Assembly (NCBI GenBank): GCA_977862235.1
Contig: OZ374560.1
Span: 806,001 to 870,000, forward strand
DNA: 64,000 bases
Direction: 5' to 3'
Source: Dudresnaya verticillata
Lineage: Eukaryota
Made by a program: the position numbers and the translations under genes. The notes under the pieces were generated by a model. That model searched no databases, was not told where the DNA came from, and was given only the letters and a program-made list of their open reading frames with translations. Below are positions 13,851-24,806 of the stretch, piece after piece; the stretch's first letter is position 1, and the number at the start of each line of letters is the position of its first letter.

Positions 13851-15291
13851 TGTGTATGTTCCTATAGGCTTCTGTTCTAGAACTAGACACTAACGGTTCT
13901 ACTCCTGACCCTACCGCTCTGGGGAGGAGCACGAACACGGACTAGCATAAATACTGCTCCCTCTTGACGGAAGGTCGAGAAAGGGCAACACAGTTTTCAA
14001 GGAGAAAGAGTCTAGGAAACCTCGCGGAGTTTACATAACCCCTAGTTTTTACCAAACTCAACTGCATTACTGCTTTAAAACCCTGCGTTATCGTCACTAT
14101 ACTTCCTCTCGTTCTCAGAACAAATTCATATTCATATTGTATATATACATAAACCCTTTCTCAAAATGGCCATGCTCGAAGTACATGGAGAGTTTCATAT
14201 GGCATATATCTCTACGGGAGGGACGTCGAAACGGACAAGTTAAACCTTTAACTAAAGGAGTCCCTCGGGGACGGCCCTAGCGAATTCATTGGAAATTCGC
14301 GTTTGTACGCAGTTCCAATATTTGAAGAGCCAGTAGAGTCCCTTTTACACCTGTAGACTCTTGCATGTTTACCCCTCAACTCTGTCAAAAATCCTGGCCT
14401 CTCTCCTTCCTTACCATCAAAGGAGAGCCGGATTTGTTGTGGGAACTACTATTAGAAACTCTGCCTCACAAGTTTTCTGGGTGCTCTGGAGGGCGCAATG
14501 CCACCTTCAACTTCAAGCATCCAAGTAATATTCTTACTATCGAGGAATGTGCCCCTTATTCGTGAGCTGTTTTGCAGGTCACGGGGGTGACTTTTGGTTG
14601 ACTGAACCTGGGTACTTTTACACCAGACTATTGGAATGAAACCAAGATCCAGGGGTCAAGCACACACGCTGCACTACATGCTTGGGGTCAGCGCGCTGCA
14701 CTACATGCTTTCACTAACCTCCTCCCTTTTCATTCAATCGAATATCTTGTGGCAATGCGAAAAAGAAGTACCGTACACTTTATTGTTGCTGCGAAGCCAG
14801 GCGAAAAAGTTGAAACGATAGCATATTGTCCAACGACCCAATTTGTTTGTACGAACAAATTAGTTCCGGAAGCAAAAATATACTGTACAGCTCCATGCGC
14901 GGCAAATATATAGAAACGGCATGCACAGGCGTATGATTCGTACGGTAAGCGATCGGGGAACTTTGTAGAAGATGTAGAGGGGCACAATGAAGCCCTGACA
15001 ATTGTTTAGGAGCGCAACTGACCACACGGACCAGGGACCCTGCTCTTTTAGTGAGCCAAGTCCATGGTCCAAGGGTAGGATTTTTACCGGAAGTAGGAGT
15101 CACATGAAAATATTCGAAGAATGGCGGAGAATACGAGCAAAGGGTATGGAAAGAAGACGCCAGAGACGTGAGAGCTAAGGATTGCCCCAGAGATCAGTGG
15201 GGAGGATGGTGTGAAACGCTTGTGCTTTCCAGAAAAATGGAAAGGCGACAGGAATGTTACGCGAGAGTCGAAAATGGGGCAGTTCAAGAAG

Positions 15292-15507
15292 TATAGTCGC
15301 TAGCGGGACTATGAGGGTGGCCGTAGTCACTTCGATGACTCCGAGGGCTTTACGGTGAAAATCCGCTACGGAATAAATACTACCTACCAAGGGAGAGCTT
15401 GCCGACCGACGCCGGAGTCCAGGCCTGCGTGGCTACGTGTGTGGGACTCCTCAGAGAGGTACCGGACGGTGGCGTAGAAACTGCCCAGCAATGCAATGCG
15501 GGCTACA
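15292..15507 (-). repeat. 3' LTR of Gypsy B
   Basis: Identical by eye to 20412-20627. Minus-strand termini are TGTAG...CTATA. Confidence 0.97.
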
Positions 15508-15517
15508 CTCCCCCCTT
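15508..15517 (-). other. Polypurine tract of Gypsy B
   Basis: AAGGGGGGAG on the minus strand lies between the pol stop codon and the 3' LTR. Confidence 0.9.
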
Positions 15518-18500
15518 TCAAAGCGCAAGGGCACGACGAGCCTTCTCCGCCAAACCGGTCGGAGTGTTCTTGCGCGCGAGGAGACGGAGCAGCATCTGCG
15601 GAACGTCGTCAAACACGCGTTGCAGGGGCTCCATAGTATCTTCCGAATTCGGTAGGCCTTTCCAGCGGACGACGACTTGCAGGCCGTCGTCGTCCTCGAT
15701 GAGGCGCATCAGCCGAGCAACGGGCATTCCGGTTTCGGACGACAGCACGTGCGGCATGATTGCCGTCGTGTTCAGCGATGCGTCGCGGTAGAACTTCAGA
15801 CGCGTGCCGTGAATGTCCTCAACCATACCGTTCCGGAGATCCTCGACTTGAAACACATAGGCGTTGAGCGCTTTCACAATCCGTCGCGGACCGCGCCAGC
15901 GCAGGGCTAACTTCTCGCCCTTGAAAAAGTCCTCTCTTGCGACGAGGACAAAGTCGCCTTCCGTGAAGTTCGGAAGCGAGCCGCGCGAGGCTGCTTGGCG
16001 CTTGCGCTCGCGGGCAGACCGTACGGAATCGCGCACCACAGGGTGTAGCTCAGCGACCCGGGCCTTGAGTTCGGATACGTTCAGCATCCGTTCGGCTTGT
16101 AACTCCTCAACCGTTATCGGAGTAGCAGTAGATGTCCGTAGGAAAGACGATATAGGCGGTGTTGGTTGCCTGCCGGTAAATGCCGTGATCGGAGCAATGT
16201 TCTTCCGTCGCGGTGAGGGCGCATTGTTGAGCGCACTTTGCACGAGCGGCAGGATGTCGGGCCATTCCTTGAAGTGCATCTGAAGCTCAGACACAACCGA
16301 TCGGAAGACGCGAAGCAGCTCCTTTCCTAGGCGTTCAACGGCACCGTTGCTCCACGGACTGTACGGCAGCGTGAAGTGATGCGGAACGCGGAGGCCTTTC
16401 GCGAGCAACCGAAGGGTTTCGTTGCGGAAGTGCGTGGGGCCATCCGACATCCATTCGTTCGGAACTCCAAAAGAGGCACACCAGTCGGTAAGGGCGTGCG
16501 CGGCGTGTTCGGCAGCAGTATCCGCAGACGGAAAAAACCAGGCGTACTCGGAATGGTCGTCTCTGACCATGAGGACGTACTTTGCGCCATCCGTGCTCGG
16601 ACCGACCTCGATGTAATCGAACTGTACGAGGTCGTTGGGGCCAGTACCGTAAACGGAAGGTCCGAAGGGACGCGGTATCTTCCCCCCTCCAAGTGTCGAT
16701 AGACAGTGGATGCAGGCGCGTACAAAGGACCGGACGTCGGTTGACATTGTAGACCAGAAGTAATACTTCCGTAAAACCGTTTCGGTAGCGTTCTGTCCTC
16801 GATGACCGCTCGGACCCGTGTGCGCGATGATGCACAATCGAAGTTGCAAGTCCGAAGCGGAGTCGGGAATCCAAATTGCACCGGTCGGATTGCGCCAGAC
16901 GTCGTCTGTCTTGGCGAGATTCACTGGCCGAGCGGTGTCGTTAGCGAGTTGGGTGCCTACGATAGCCTGTAGCGAAGGCCAATTGAAGTCCGAATCGGAA
17001 GTAGATGGAAGTTCGGGAATACGGACGAGACGCCGAATTGTGCGGGGGGCCGACCATCGGCCCAGTAGATCCGCCCACACGTTGTCGGTTCCCTTGATGT
17101 GGAAGCACGTGTAGTTGTACATGCTCAACCGGACGGCCCAGCGAAGTACCTTACGGAGGGTTGTCTGCGAGAGATCAGGAACAACCGAAAGCGGATCAAA
17201 CAGGAAGATGAGGTTGTTGTGGTCGGTGAAAAGATCAAAACCGTCCGGAGTAGCGGCGAGCCAGTGCATGCGTTCGAGCGACGCGAGCACGGCGTAGGCT
17301 TCCTTCTCCAGGACTGACCAGCCCAACTGGGTGGTGTTGAACCGACCGGATAAAAACGCGAGCGGCTCGTGCCGTTGCTGCGCGTGCGGTTTCGACAGGT
17401 CCGTGCGGGGAACCTGGGTGACGATACCCGACCAAACCGTGTCGGATGCGTCGGTGTAGAAGCACAACCGCTTGCGGTCGTCGCGGTGCGACAGGGTAAC
17501 CTGGTGCGCGAGAGCGGTTTTGCACGCCTCGAAAGCGGCTTGCTCGGACTTGTCCCATCCGAGTGCGGAAAGTTTAACACGGGCCACAGCGCGTTTTGTG
17601 CGCTTACCGGCTCGGTGGTAGACCCTTTCCATAAAGTCATGGAGCGGTTGCACGAGCTCCGTAAACTGCGGAATTCCGTTTCGGACCCACTGAAGCGCAC
17701 AGATAAACTGTTGAAGATGCGCTCCGTTGGTCGGTGGTTCCATGTGCAGTAAACCGTCCAGCTGGCGGGGGTCGTAGCGGATTCCGTCTTCGGAGATCAG
17801 GCGACCGCACCACCGTACGGTTGTAGAAAAGAGCATGCACTTGGCGGGGTGCAGCTTGAGGTTGAGTGCAGCGCACAAGGCGAAGAACTTCCGAACGGCA
17901 TCGAGCAATCCGGCAACGGTCTTGTGGTGCAACAGCATGTCGTCCAACCAGTGGAGGATGAACTTGAGCAATCCGGGCGGAAGTAGCGTCGCCAGCGAAG
18001 ATTGCAGGTGGGTAACGGCATTTGTCGTGCCGTGTAGAACCCGTGTCGGAGAATAGATTCCGTCCGGAGTAATGAAGGACTGCAGCATCTGCGAGGCCTC
18101 ATCCAACTTGAGCTGCCAGTATCCGTGCGACAGGTCGAAAGTCGCGAAGAACCGAGATTCGGAGAGCTTGGTTAGCTCGTGCTCCAAGTTCGGCATCGGA
18201 TACTGGTGCTTGACGGTAAACTTGTTCACCGGGCGGAGGTCAACCGTGAATCGGAATCGGGCAGGACCAGGCTTCGGCACGAGAAGCGGCGCACAAGCCC
18301 ACGGCGAAGTTGGGTTCGGGTACGCCATTCCGTTTCGGACGAGCTGCTCGACGAATGCAGCCAGAAATTCGCGCTGTTCACGCGAATAATTCCGGAGTCG
18401 GACCTTGACTGGTTTGGCGTCCGGGGTGAGCTCGATCTTGAGCGGCGTGATTTCTGCCGGAGGTCCAGCGGAAAATCCGGTTCGGAATATGTTGACGTGG

Positions 18501-20323
18501 CTCTCGACGAGCTCAGTCAGCTCCTTTGCAGATTCCGACGGTAGACCGTTGTTCCGTGCGGTTTGTAGCATCCCATCGATCCCGGCGCGGATGTCTTCTT
18601 CCTGAGCGGTATCCACGGGATCGAGGAGAGATTGATCCGGGAACGGGTCTTCTTCATTCCGAGCGGTGTAGTAATTGACGCGAGGCCTTTCTGCAGCCTG
18701 CGGTCCACTTTTCGTTTCGGTTTCCGTTTCCGGTCCGCGAATGCGGTTGAGGCGAGCGATCATCATGCGACTGATAGCTCCGCCTCGGTTGAGTGTAGTC
18801 GGGTTTCCGATGTGCGAACAGTCGGACCCGTCCAGTACCGCTCGGTTGTGTTCGAGCAGCGTGCGCGTGTCGACCTGTAGATGCTGTAAGACCGGGAGGC
18901 CTATCAGCAGGTCTTCACAGGCCAAGTCATTGTCCGCGACGAGGAACGCGACGTTGGCGAGGGCCAGCTGGCCGCTTGAAAGATGTAAAACCGTTCTCGG
19001 AGCAGTCCACTGACGCGAAAATGAAAACGTCTGCGGGTCCGTTCCGGCTTTGAGCGCGACGCTCAACCGTACCGGAGCGATGGCGGTTATCTTTCCGATT
19101 CCGCGGATGACGGCGCGCTCAGCGAGAGCAGGCGCAACGATGCTATCGTCGCTTCCGTCATCACAGCGGCCAGTAGCTTCCAGCGATGTTTGTCCGTCGG
19201 AAACCGTAATCGGACAGGAGGGTTTCACCTCCGAGTCGGTGTCCGATGCGGATGCGGCCTTCTTCTTACTGTGCAGTCTGCCAGTAATTCCGTCTTCGGT
19301 TCCTTTATCCCTTCCGGTCTCGGGGCTTGCAGAGGAGCTGTAACTCCCCTTTCTGCTGCGCGTAGACCGTGCAGGGCCGTCGGAAGCCTTTTTGGTGGCA
19401 CGTTCGGCCAGCATCTTGTCCTTTTCCTCCTTGGTGGAGTCTGGACAGTCCTTGATAAGGTGCTTGCGCCCCTTGGACTTGCAAGGACCGTACGGACAAT
19501 CGGGAAACGGGCGCGAAGCGCCGCCTCCCTTGCTGTGTTTGGTTGTTCCGGATCCGGGCGGTGTAGACTTGTCGGTCTTACTTCCGGATCGGTTCTTGTT
19601 TCCCTTATTACCGTCGCGGTTGCCGGCCCGGTTCTTGTTGGGCCGCGGACCGCTGTCCACCAGCTGAAAAGCTTCGGACAACCGAACGGCGTGTTTCATG
19701 AACTTCTTGAAGTCCTTCTTCAGATCATGCTTGGAAAAATCCAGATCGGATTGTAAGCGATCTTTGAGCGAAACCGGTCGGATTGCAGCCATGATATGAC
19801 CAACAGCGACCTTCTGGTTGCTGTTAAGTAGCCAAGAAATCCCGTTTCGGCGTAGAAGGGCGTGATAGGACACGAACAGTGTCTCCATCCGAGAGCGGGC
19901 GTTCTTGTCGCTCATATCCATGAGGATCTCTCGAGCCACGATAGCGTCCAGCGTCTCGAGCGTAACCGTCTCGGTGGATTCTTCGGCCTTCTTGTCTAGG
20001 TAGTCGCGGAGAACCGAATCGGATAAATCTTCATAACTGTCGACTCCCTCGAGGAGATCGAGAGCGATGGCCGATTCGAGGTACTCGGGGTCAACGCAAA
20101 ACTTGAGGTTGACCGGACGGACAGCTTCCGTCGTGGTTGACTCGGCAGCGGTGATCTGCTGCGCACGGGCCGTAACTTCCTTGCTGTACTGATCGTACAG
20201 GCGGAGGAATACGCGGATCGACTCCGCATCCGTACGGAGTAGTCGCGGGTGATCTACCGATGTAGCCACGAATGACGCGCCTTGCGTCGCGATTCCCGGC
20301 GGCGTGGTTGAAGCCTCCGTCAT
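15518..20323 (-). CDS. Gag-Pol polyprotein (gag, Zn knuckle, protease, RT, RNase H, integrase, chromodomain), 1601 aa
   Basis: Motifs: CPYGPC..H...DC, CDDGSDDS protease, FTVDLRPVN and HWLDD RT, YTDAS/EKEAY/TDHNNL RNase H, HHCC and DDE integrase, RWRGPRR GPY/F-like motif, and a C-terminal VRWKGLPNSEDTMEP chromodomain. Confidence 0.97.
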   Translation of the reverse strand: MTEASTTPPGIATQGASFVATSVDHPRLLRTDAESIRVFLRLYDQYSKEVTARAQQITAAESTTTEAVRPVNLKFCVDPEYLESAIALDLLEGVDSYEDLSDSVLRDYLDKKAEESTETVTLETLDAIVAREILMDMSDKNARSRMETLFVSYHALLRRNGISWLLNSNQKVAVGHIMAAIRPVSLKDRLQSDLDFSKHDLKKDFKKFMKHAVRLSEAFQLVDSGPRPNKNRAGNRDGNKGNKNRSGSKTDKSTPPGSGTTKHSKGGGASRPFPDCPYGPCKSKGRKHLIKDCPDSTKEEKDKMLAERATKKASDGPARSTRSRKGSYSSSASPETGRDKGTEDGITGRLHSKKKAASASDTDSEVKPSCPITVSDGQTSLEATGRCDDGSDDSIVAPALAERAVIRGIGKITAIAPVRLSVALKAGTDPQTFSFSRQWTAPRTVLHLSSGQLALANVAFLVADNDLACEDLLIGLPVLQHLQVDTRTLLEHNRAVLDGSDCSHIGNPTTLNRGGAISRMMIARLNRIRGPETETETKSGPQAAERPRVNYYTARNEEDPFPDQSLLDPVDTAQEEDIRAGIDGMLQTARNNGLPSESAKELTELVESHVNIFRTGFSAGPPAEITPLKIELTPDAKPVKVRLRNYSREQREFLAAFVEQLVRNGMAYPNPTSPWACAPLLVPKPGPARFRFTVDLRPVNKFTVKHQYPMPNLEHELTKLSESRFFATFDLSHGYWQLKLDEASQMLQSFITPDGIYSPTRVLHGTTNAVTHLQSSLATLLPPGLLKFILHWLDDMLLHHKTVAGLLDAVRKFFALCAALNLKLHPAKCMLFSTTVRWCGRLISEDGIRYDPRQLDGLLHMEPPTNGAHLQQFICALQWVRNGIPQFTELVQPLHDFMERVYHRAGKRTKRAVARVKLSALGWDKSEQAAFEACKTALAHQVTLSHRDDRKRLCFYTDASDTVWSGIVTQVPRTDLSKPHAQQRHEPLAFLSGRFNTTQLGWSVLEKEAYAVLASLERMHWLAATPDGFDLFTDHNNLIFLFDPLSVVPDLSQTTLRKVLRWAVRLSMYNYTCFHIKGTDNVWADLLGRWSAPRTIRRLVRIPELPSTSDSDFNWPSLQAIVGTQLANDTARPVNLAKTDDVWRNPTGAIWIPDSASDLQLRLCIIAHTGPSGHRGQNATETVLRKYYFWSTMSTDVRSFVRACIHCLSTLGGGKIPRPFGPSVYGTGPNDLVQFDYIEVGPSTDGAKYVLMVRDDHSEYAWFFPSADTAAEHAAHALTDWCASFGVPNEWMSDGPTHFRNETLRLLAKGLRVPHHFTLPYSPWSNGAVERLGKELLRVFRSVVSELQMHFKEWPDILPLVQSALNNAPSPRRKNIAPITAFTGRQPTPPISSFLRTSTATPITVEELQAERMLNVSELKARVAELHPVVRDSVRSARERKRQAASRGSLPNFTEGDFVLVAREDFFKGEKLALRWRGPRRIVKALNAYVFQVEDLRNGMVEDIHGTRLKFYRDASLNTTAIMPHVLSSETGMPVARLMRLIEDDDGLQVVVRWKGLPNSEDTMEPLQRVFDDVPQMLLRLLARKNTPTGLAEKARRALAL

Positions 20324-20411
20324 GTCGGTATGACGTTCCGTTCGGAATCCGAGATCGATGGTGTTGGGCGATCGGCGGGTGATCGAAGAACTAGCTTAAA
20401 CTAGTGATCAC

Positions 20412-20627
20412 TATAGTCGCTAGCGGGACTATGAGGGTGGCCGTAGTCACTTCGATGACTCCGAGGGCTTTACGGTGAAAATCCGCTACGGAATAAATAC
20501 TACCTACCAAGGGAGAGCTTGCCGACCGACGCCGGAGTCCAGGCCTGCGTGGCTACGTGTGTGGGACTCCTCAGAGAGGTACCGGACGGTGGCGTAGAAA
20601 CTGCCCAGCAATGCAATGCGGGCTACA
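20412..20627 (-). repeat. 5' LTR of Gypsy B
   Basis: Identical copy of 15292-15507, 88 nt upstream of the gag ATG. Confidence 0.97.
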
Positions 20628-21711
20628 AGAAGGAATGCCGTAGAAAAGTTGTTCTCGTTTTGGGTGTTCAACTGCAAGGAGGCGTCCGAATCAGTAAAAA
20701 TAAAAGATACAGTGCGATCTCGTCACCTGGCTCCCAGAGTGCAACTACCAAGAAAGAACCTAGTGTATTAAGCATAGCTAATAGTGCTTCTTTGACTAAT
20801 ATGAGCTGTGTGTCCAATGTATTGAGAAACAAGACCAACTGCTCTTGGAAATCTTCGATTCAGTGGTGTTGAAGCCAAAAGAATATCCACTGGATGTTCC
20901 CACTGCGCTGGATTACAGGTAAACGTCTCTCTCTCGCTCTCTCTGGATTACAGGAAAATTGATAGCTGTATGCCTGAGATAACATTTGATTACACAAGCC
21001 GGGACGAGCTACAGTGCGCCGACAACAGCATAGGGCCTATGTGGGAGGAGTGTTGCATCGGTCGCAATTGAGCTGGAATTCCTTGCTGGATGGTCACACA
21101 GCTACGGAGGGTAAGGAAACAGCCCTTTTCTGATTACGTCTTATTGCGAGTGCGTCACTCAAACTCTTGTTTCGACCCGATTATCAGTGATCGTATTACG
21201 AAGTCATTTACTCAAACAAATACAAGGTAGGAAATGTGAGGGGCTCTACAGTGCCCACAGAAGCATCATTGAAACCATATCAACAGCAATACCTTCATGT
21301 TTGGAAATGCATTCGTAGCTTGTCGGGGTATTGTCACAGTGTAGAGTTTGGAACAACTGTACTTGCAAAGGAATGTCAACAGCGTGCTGAGTGATGTATG
21401 ACAATTGGAGTCACTTTTGAACGCCACCGTCAACACAGTCATAGAATGCAGACAACAAGATAGCAAGGCCAAAGTGGCTGTCCCACAAAACTAAGAGTGA
21501 ATGGTACAGGCTGAAAGAAAGGCTGAAAGAAAATGGCCAGGCCTGAGTGAGAACGAGAGAGGTAGCACAAGCTCAATCTGCACAGAAGTAGGAGCGTAAA
21601 CAAGGCAAACAAAAGAGGAAAACAATAGCGAGTGCAGCTTAAAGGCTCCGTTGTGAGCACAAGCGAAAGGTGGTGGGACCCCGCAGCATGCTAAGCTTGA
21701 CAGGGACGAAT

Positions 21712-22248
21712 CTAGCCTCCCGTATCTGGCGGTGGAGACGGTGTTGTTGAACGGCCGGCTTCACCACCTGCTGAATGATTAGGGGTCGGAGGAACAGAAC
21801 TACCTCGCGCACTGTTGTCATCCGCAAAAGGGCCCAACAGCCTTTCAAGGCTTTCGGAAGCCGCGCGCTCCAAGTTCCCATCGTGGCGATCGTTCGGAGC
21901 TGGGGCTGCGGCCCCGTTAGCCAAGGAAGGGTTGCAGGCGTTGTCGTCTGTTGACAGAAGAGACTTGTTCGAGGAACTCTCTTCCTCCTGGATCGTCGCC
22001 GGCAGCTCAACAGGCGGGGGGCTGGAATGGTCAGGAGGATCCTGTTGGGATGCCGGGTTATCGCCCACGGCGGGGACCGGGGCATGGGCACCCGCACTGG
22101 GCCCTCCTAGTTCCGTCTGGGGGTCTTGGGCAACTGCTTGCGGGAGTGTTAGCGGTGGAAGCATGCCGGCGGTAGTTGCCTGAGTGGTGACAGGCGCACC
22201 AGGCGTTCCCTGGTCGATAGGCTGGTTTTTGGGGGTGTGTTCGCTCAT
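21712..22248 (-). CDS. Pro/Ser-rich hypothetical ORF, possibly the N-terminal remnant of a degraded gene or TE
   Basis: ATG-initiated 178-aa low-complexity ORF downstream of a C-rich leader. No recognisable domain. Confidence 0.25.
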   Translation of the reverse strand: MSEHTPKNQPIDQGTPGAPVTTQATTAGMLPPLTLPQAVAQDPQTELGGPSAGAHAPVPAVGDNPASQQDPPDHSSPPPVELPATIQEEESSSNKSLLSTDDNACNPSLANGAAAPAPNDRHDGNLERAASESLERLLGPFADDNSARGSSVPPTPNHSAGGEAGRSTTPSPPPDTGG

Positions 22249-22560
22249 CCCGGTTTGCTACGGAGCGGGAGATAGGTTGGATGTCACCAGAGGGCGGGGG
22301 AGGCGGCGCTGCAGCGGGACGGGGGAGCGCGCAGCGCGTGAAACCGGGGAAGCAGGGGAAGCAGGGGACAAGAAAGGGGGAGGTGGGGAAGTGGGGCGCC
22401 ACTTGAGGTCGTCGGCTATGTTTGTACGCAAACGCAAGGGGCCTTTAGCCGCGTTTGTCCCATCGAGTTGTTGGCGACGGGGGCACGCAACTGTCACGGA
22501 CAGCCATTACGTTTTAGAGAGCAGTGCCTGACACTGACGAAGTTACTGAAAATTTTCAAG

Positions 22561-22648
22561 TTTCTGGTTTTGGGGATGTAGAGTGCTAGAGTGACATAAG
22601 TGCTATGGACGTAGAGTGCTAGAGTTGTACATCCTCCAAAAACAGAAA
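22561..22648. repeat. Mini foldback: ~20-bp imperfect inverted repeats around a duplicated 15-mer
   Basis: TTTCTGGTTTTGGGGATGTA pairs with TACATCCTCCAAAAACAGAAA. The core contains GTAGAGTGCTAGAGT twice. Confidence 0.75.
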
Positions 22649-23627
22649 GCACTTTATCAGGCGGCCATCCTGCCGAACAGCAAGTAGCCGCCGGCGGTTA
22701 CGCTCGCTGTGCAGCAGACGGCTAGTCCTGTGACATGTGGGACAAAACTAATCAATATATATATCTAGGAGCCCGACTTCGGTTAAGCTACGATACAAAT
22801 TGAGATTGCCAGTGTGCTGACACGACAGCTCACAATCATATTTGTTCTCCCGAGACCAGAAAGAGCGTGCATGACGTTCGTGGAATGGGTCCGCCCCTCG
22901 CTAAGACCAAGTCTGCAGAGACGATCAGGAGCGTGATGAGCAAAAATTCCTACTAATACTTTGTGTAAAAGTTCACCTCCTCATTCTCTTCCAAACAGCA
23001 AGAATAAAACGCATTGCAAGCACTAACAGAAGTCTCCAACCACTCTTTTTCCTGGATCAACTCGAATGCAATCGAGGTGGTCCTCCCCGATAGTGTCACG
23101 ATGCTTCCTGGCCGGTCAGCAAAATATTATATGGTTCGTAGCTTTCCAATGGGCATTTAGATCGAAACATTCGGAGCGCCGACTGTCCAGGGACTACTCA
23201 GCGAAGGCTTGCTCTGAAGAAGACAAGTGGGCATTTTTGCTTGACGCTGTTGGAGAAGCATGTTTGATGTTTCTATATTTCTACTCTTACATTGTGTAGC
23301 GTACAATTGTCACTATTGCAGCTGTACTCGTTCCACTTTTCTCCAACATGATGTAGTCGCGAGAGAACTTCGGATGAAGTCACAGGTTGGAGCACAGCGT
23401 GCTTGAGCACACGCACAGAACTAGTGTCACTCGAGGTACAGATCTTTGCTGTTGCAGGGTATTGTGTAGCCTTTTTGACTGAATGTAACGTGTCTGCTGA
23501 GGTACGCTTCATTGTGCATTCAGGAGGTTTTTTTGTAAGTGAACGTGTCGCACAGAGACACGGCTAAAGCGGAAAGCACCTTTGACTTCACCACGCACGT
23601 GGTGGCCACACATTTGAAAAGGGGATA

Positions 23628-23822
23628 TCCAAGAGAGTTTTGTGTGGATTTTACGAAGTTCCGGTTTGCGAAAGTGAGCTGAGGGTTGTAGTGCTGAATC
23701 TAGGGGTTGTCGCCTAAGATAATTGTTGTGTATCCAAGAGAGAGTTTGTGTATTTTACGAAGTGCCTATCTTTGGAGGTCCAAGAGAGTTTGTGGATTTT
23801 ACGAAGTCCCTGTCTATGGAGG
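23628..23822. repeat. Three degenerate direct repeats (TCCAAGAGAG...ATTTTACGAAGT)
   Basis: Copies start at 23628, 23733 and 23779. The last two form a ~45-bp tandem. Confidence 0.85.
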
Positions 23823-24806
23823 TTTGCCGAGAATTTGATAGTAATACTGCGACAAATGCTAACGGGAGATCGCGTCTAACCGGCTATGGGTGACAGCAAG
23901 TGGCTTCAGCTGTAGCAGCGGGTCACGAGCAGTGAAGCGAGGGAATTGAATTGGATAGAAAGATTGCTGCCGCGGCGGGAGCATCCAAGTCGTGCGTGGT
24001 TGTTCATTGTCGAACGAGAGCACTGTGATAGACAATCCTTTTCAAGGTGGTACCAATGGCACATTTATATGGCGCCTGTAAAGCACAGCGGCAGCATACA
24101 GCCCACCTTGTAGAGCTCCTGTGGGGGGAACGGCACGGGCAAAGCTTTGGAATTACACTAATGTCTTCCGTAGAGATCGGGGCAACGGTTTTACGGTGCG
24201 GAAGAAAAGAAAACTCAATGTGGCCTGGTCGATGCTGTGATTTGCTGGCGACTTGCGTTCGGAAATGCTTTCCCGGCTAAGTGGAACAACTCTGAAACCA
24301 GCAAGCATCCCTTTGCTCTCAAAGTGGAGAGTAAGCCGCTTAAGGGGACTCAATATGCCCTGTTTCTAACACGGTGGTCAACAAGCTTACGCCTGTTAAC
24401 TGAGACCGCGAAACAAAACAACGTGGCGGAGGCCTCCGCGGAGCGCTCTTGGGAGGGGATGAGGTCCCAGCGGCAAGACGCAGTGTGGGTGTTACTATAG
24501 ATACAGGTGGCTGCTTTGTCTATTAGCCCCAGGCAAGCTTATAAATTTGCTACGACATCCCAACGGGACATTCCAGCAACACCGTCGGACGCAGACGCAA
24601 AAGTATGCCTTCGACAGTCAAGGAGACCTCTCGGTGCGGCAGTTTTGTCATAAATTGATAAATTCTGGCTTGCACTTCCCCACTCGAATCATTCCATCAT
24701 TTTCGATTCCGCACGTTCCCCTTCAACACGAAGGTGCGCACAAATGCAGCCCTTTTTTAGACATCAGTTGCTTCCTATCAGAATTTTCCGCTGACATAGA
24801 GACCAC

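Larger units (their letters stand above)
15292..20627 (-). mobile_element. Intact full-length Ty3/Gypsy chromovirus-type LTR retrotransposon 'B' (5336 bp)
   Basis: Two identical 216-bp LTRs, a 5-bp TSD AGAAG (15287-15291 and 20628-20632), one uninterrupted gag-pol ORF and a polypurine tract. Confidence 0.98.

Noticed and set aside
20519..20872. ORFs starting MPTDAGVQ (also 15399-15791)
   Set aside because: These are incidental frames starting inside the LTRs at non-ATG codons.
23628..23822. CRISPR-like direct repeats
   Set aside because: There are only three degenerate copies with very unequal spacing, the spacers are themselves related, no cas genes are present and the context is eukaryotic.
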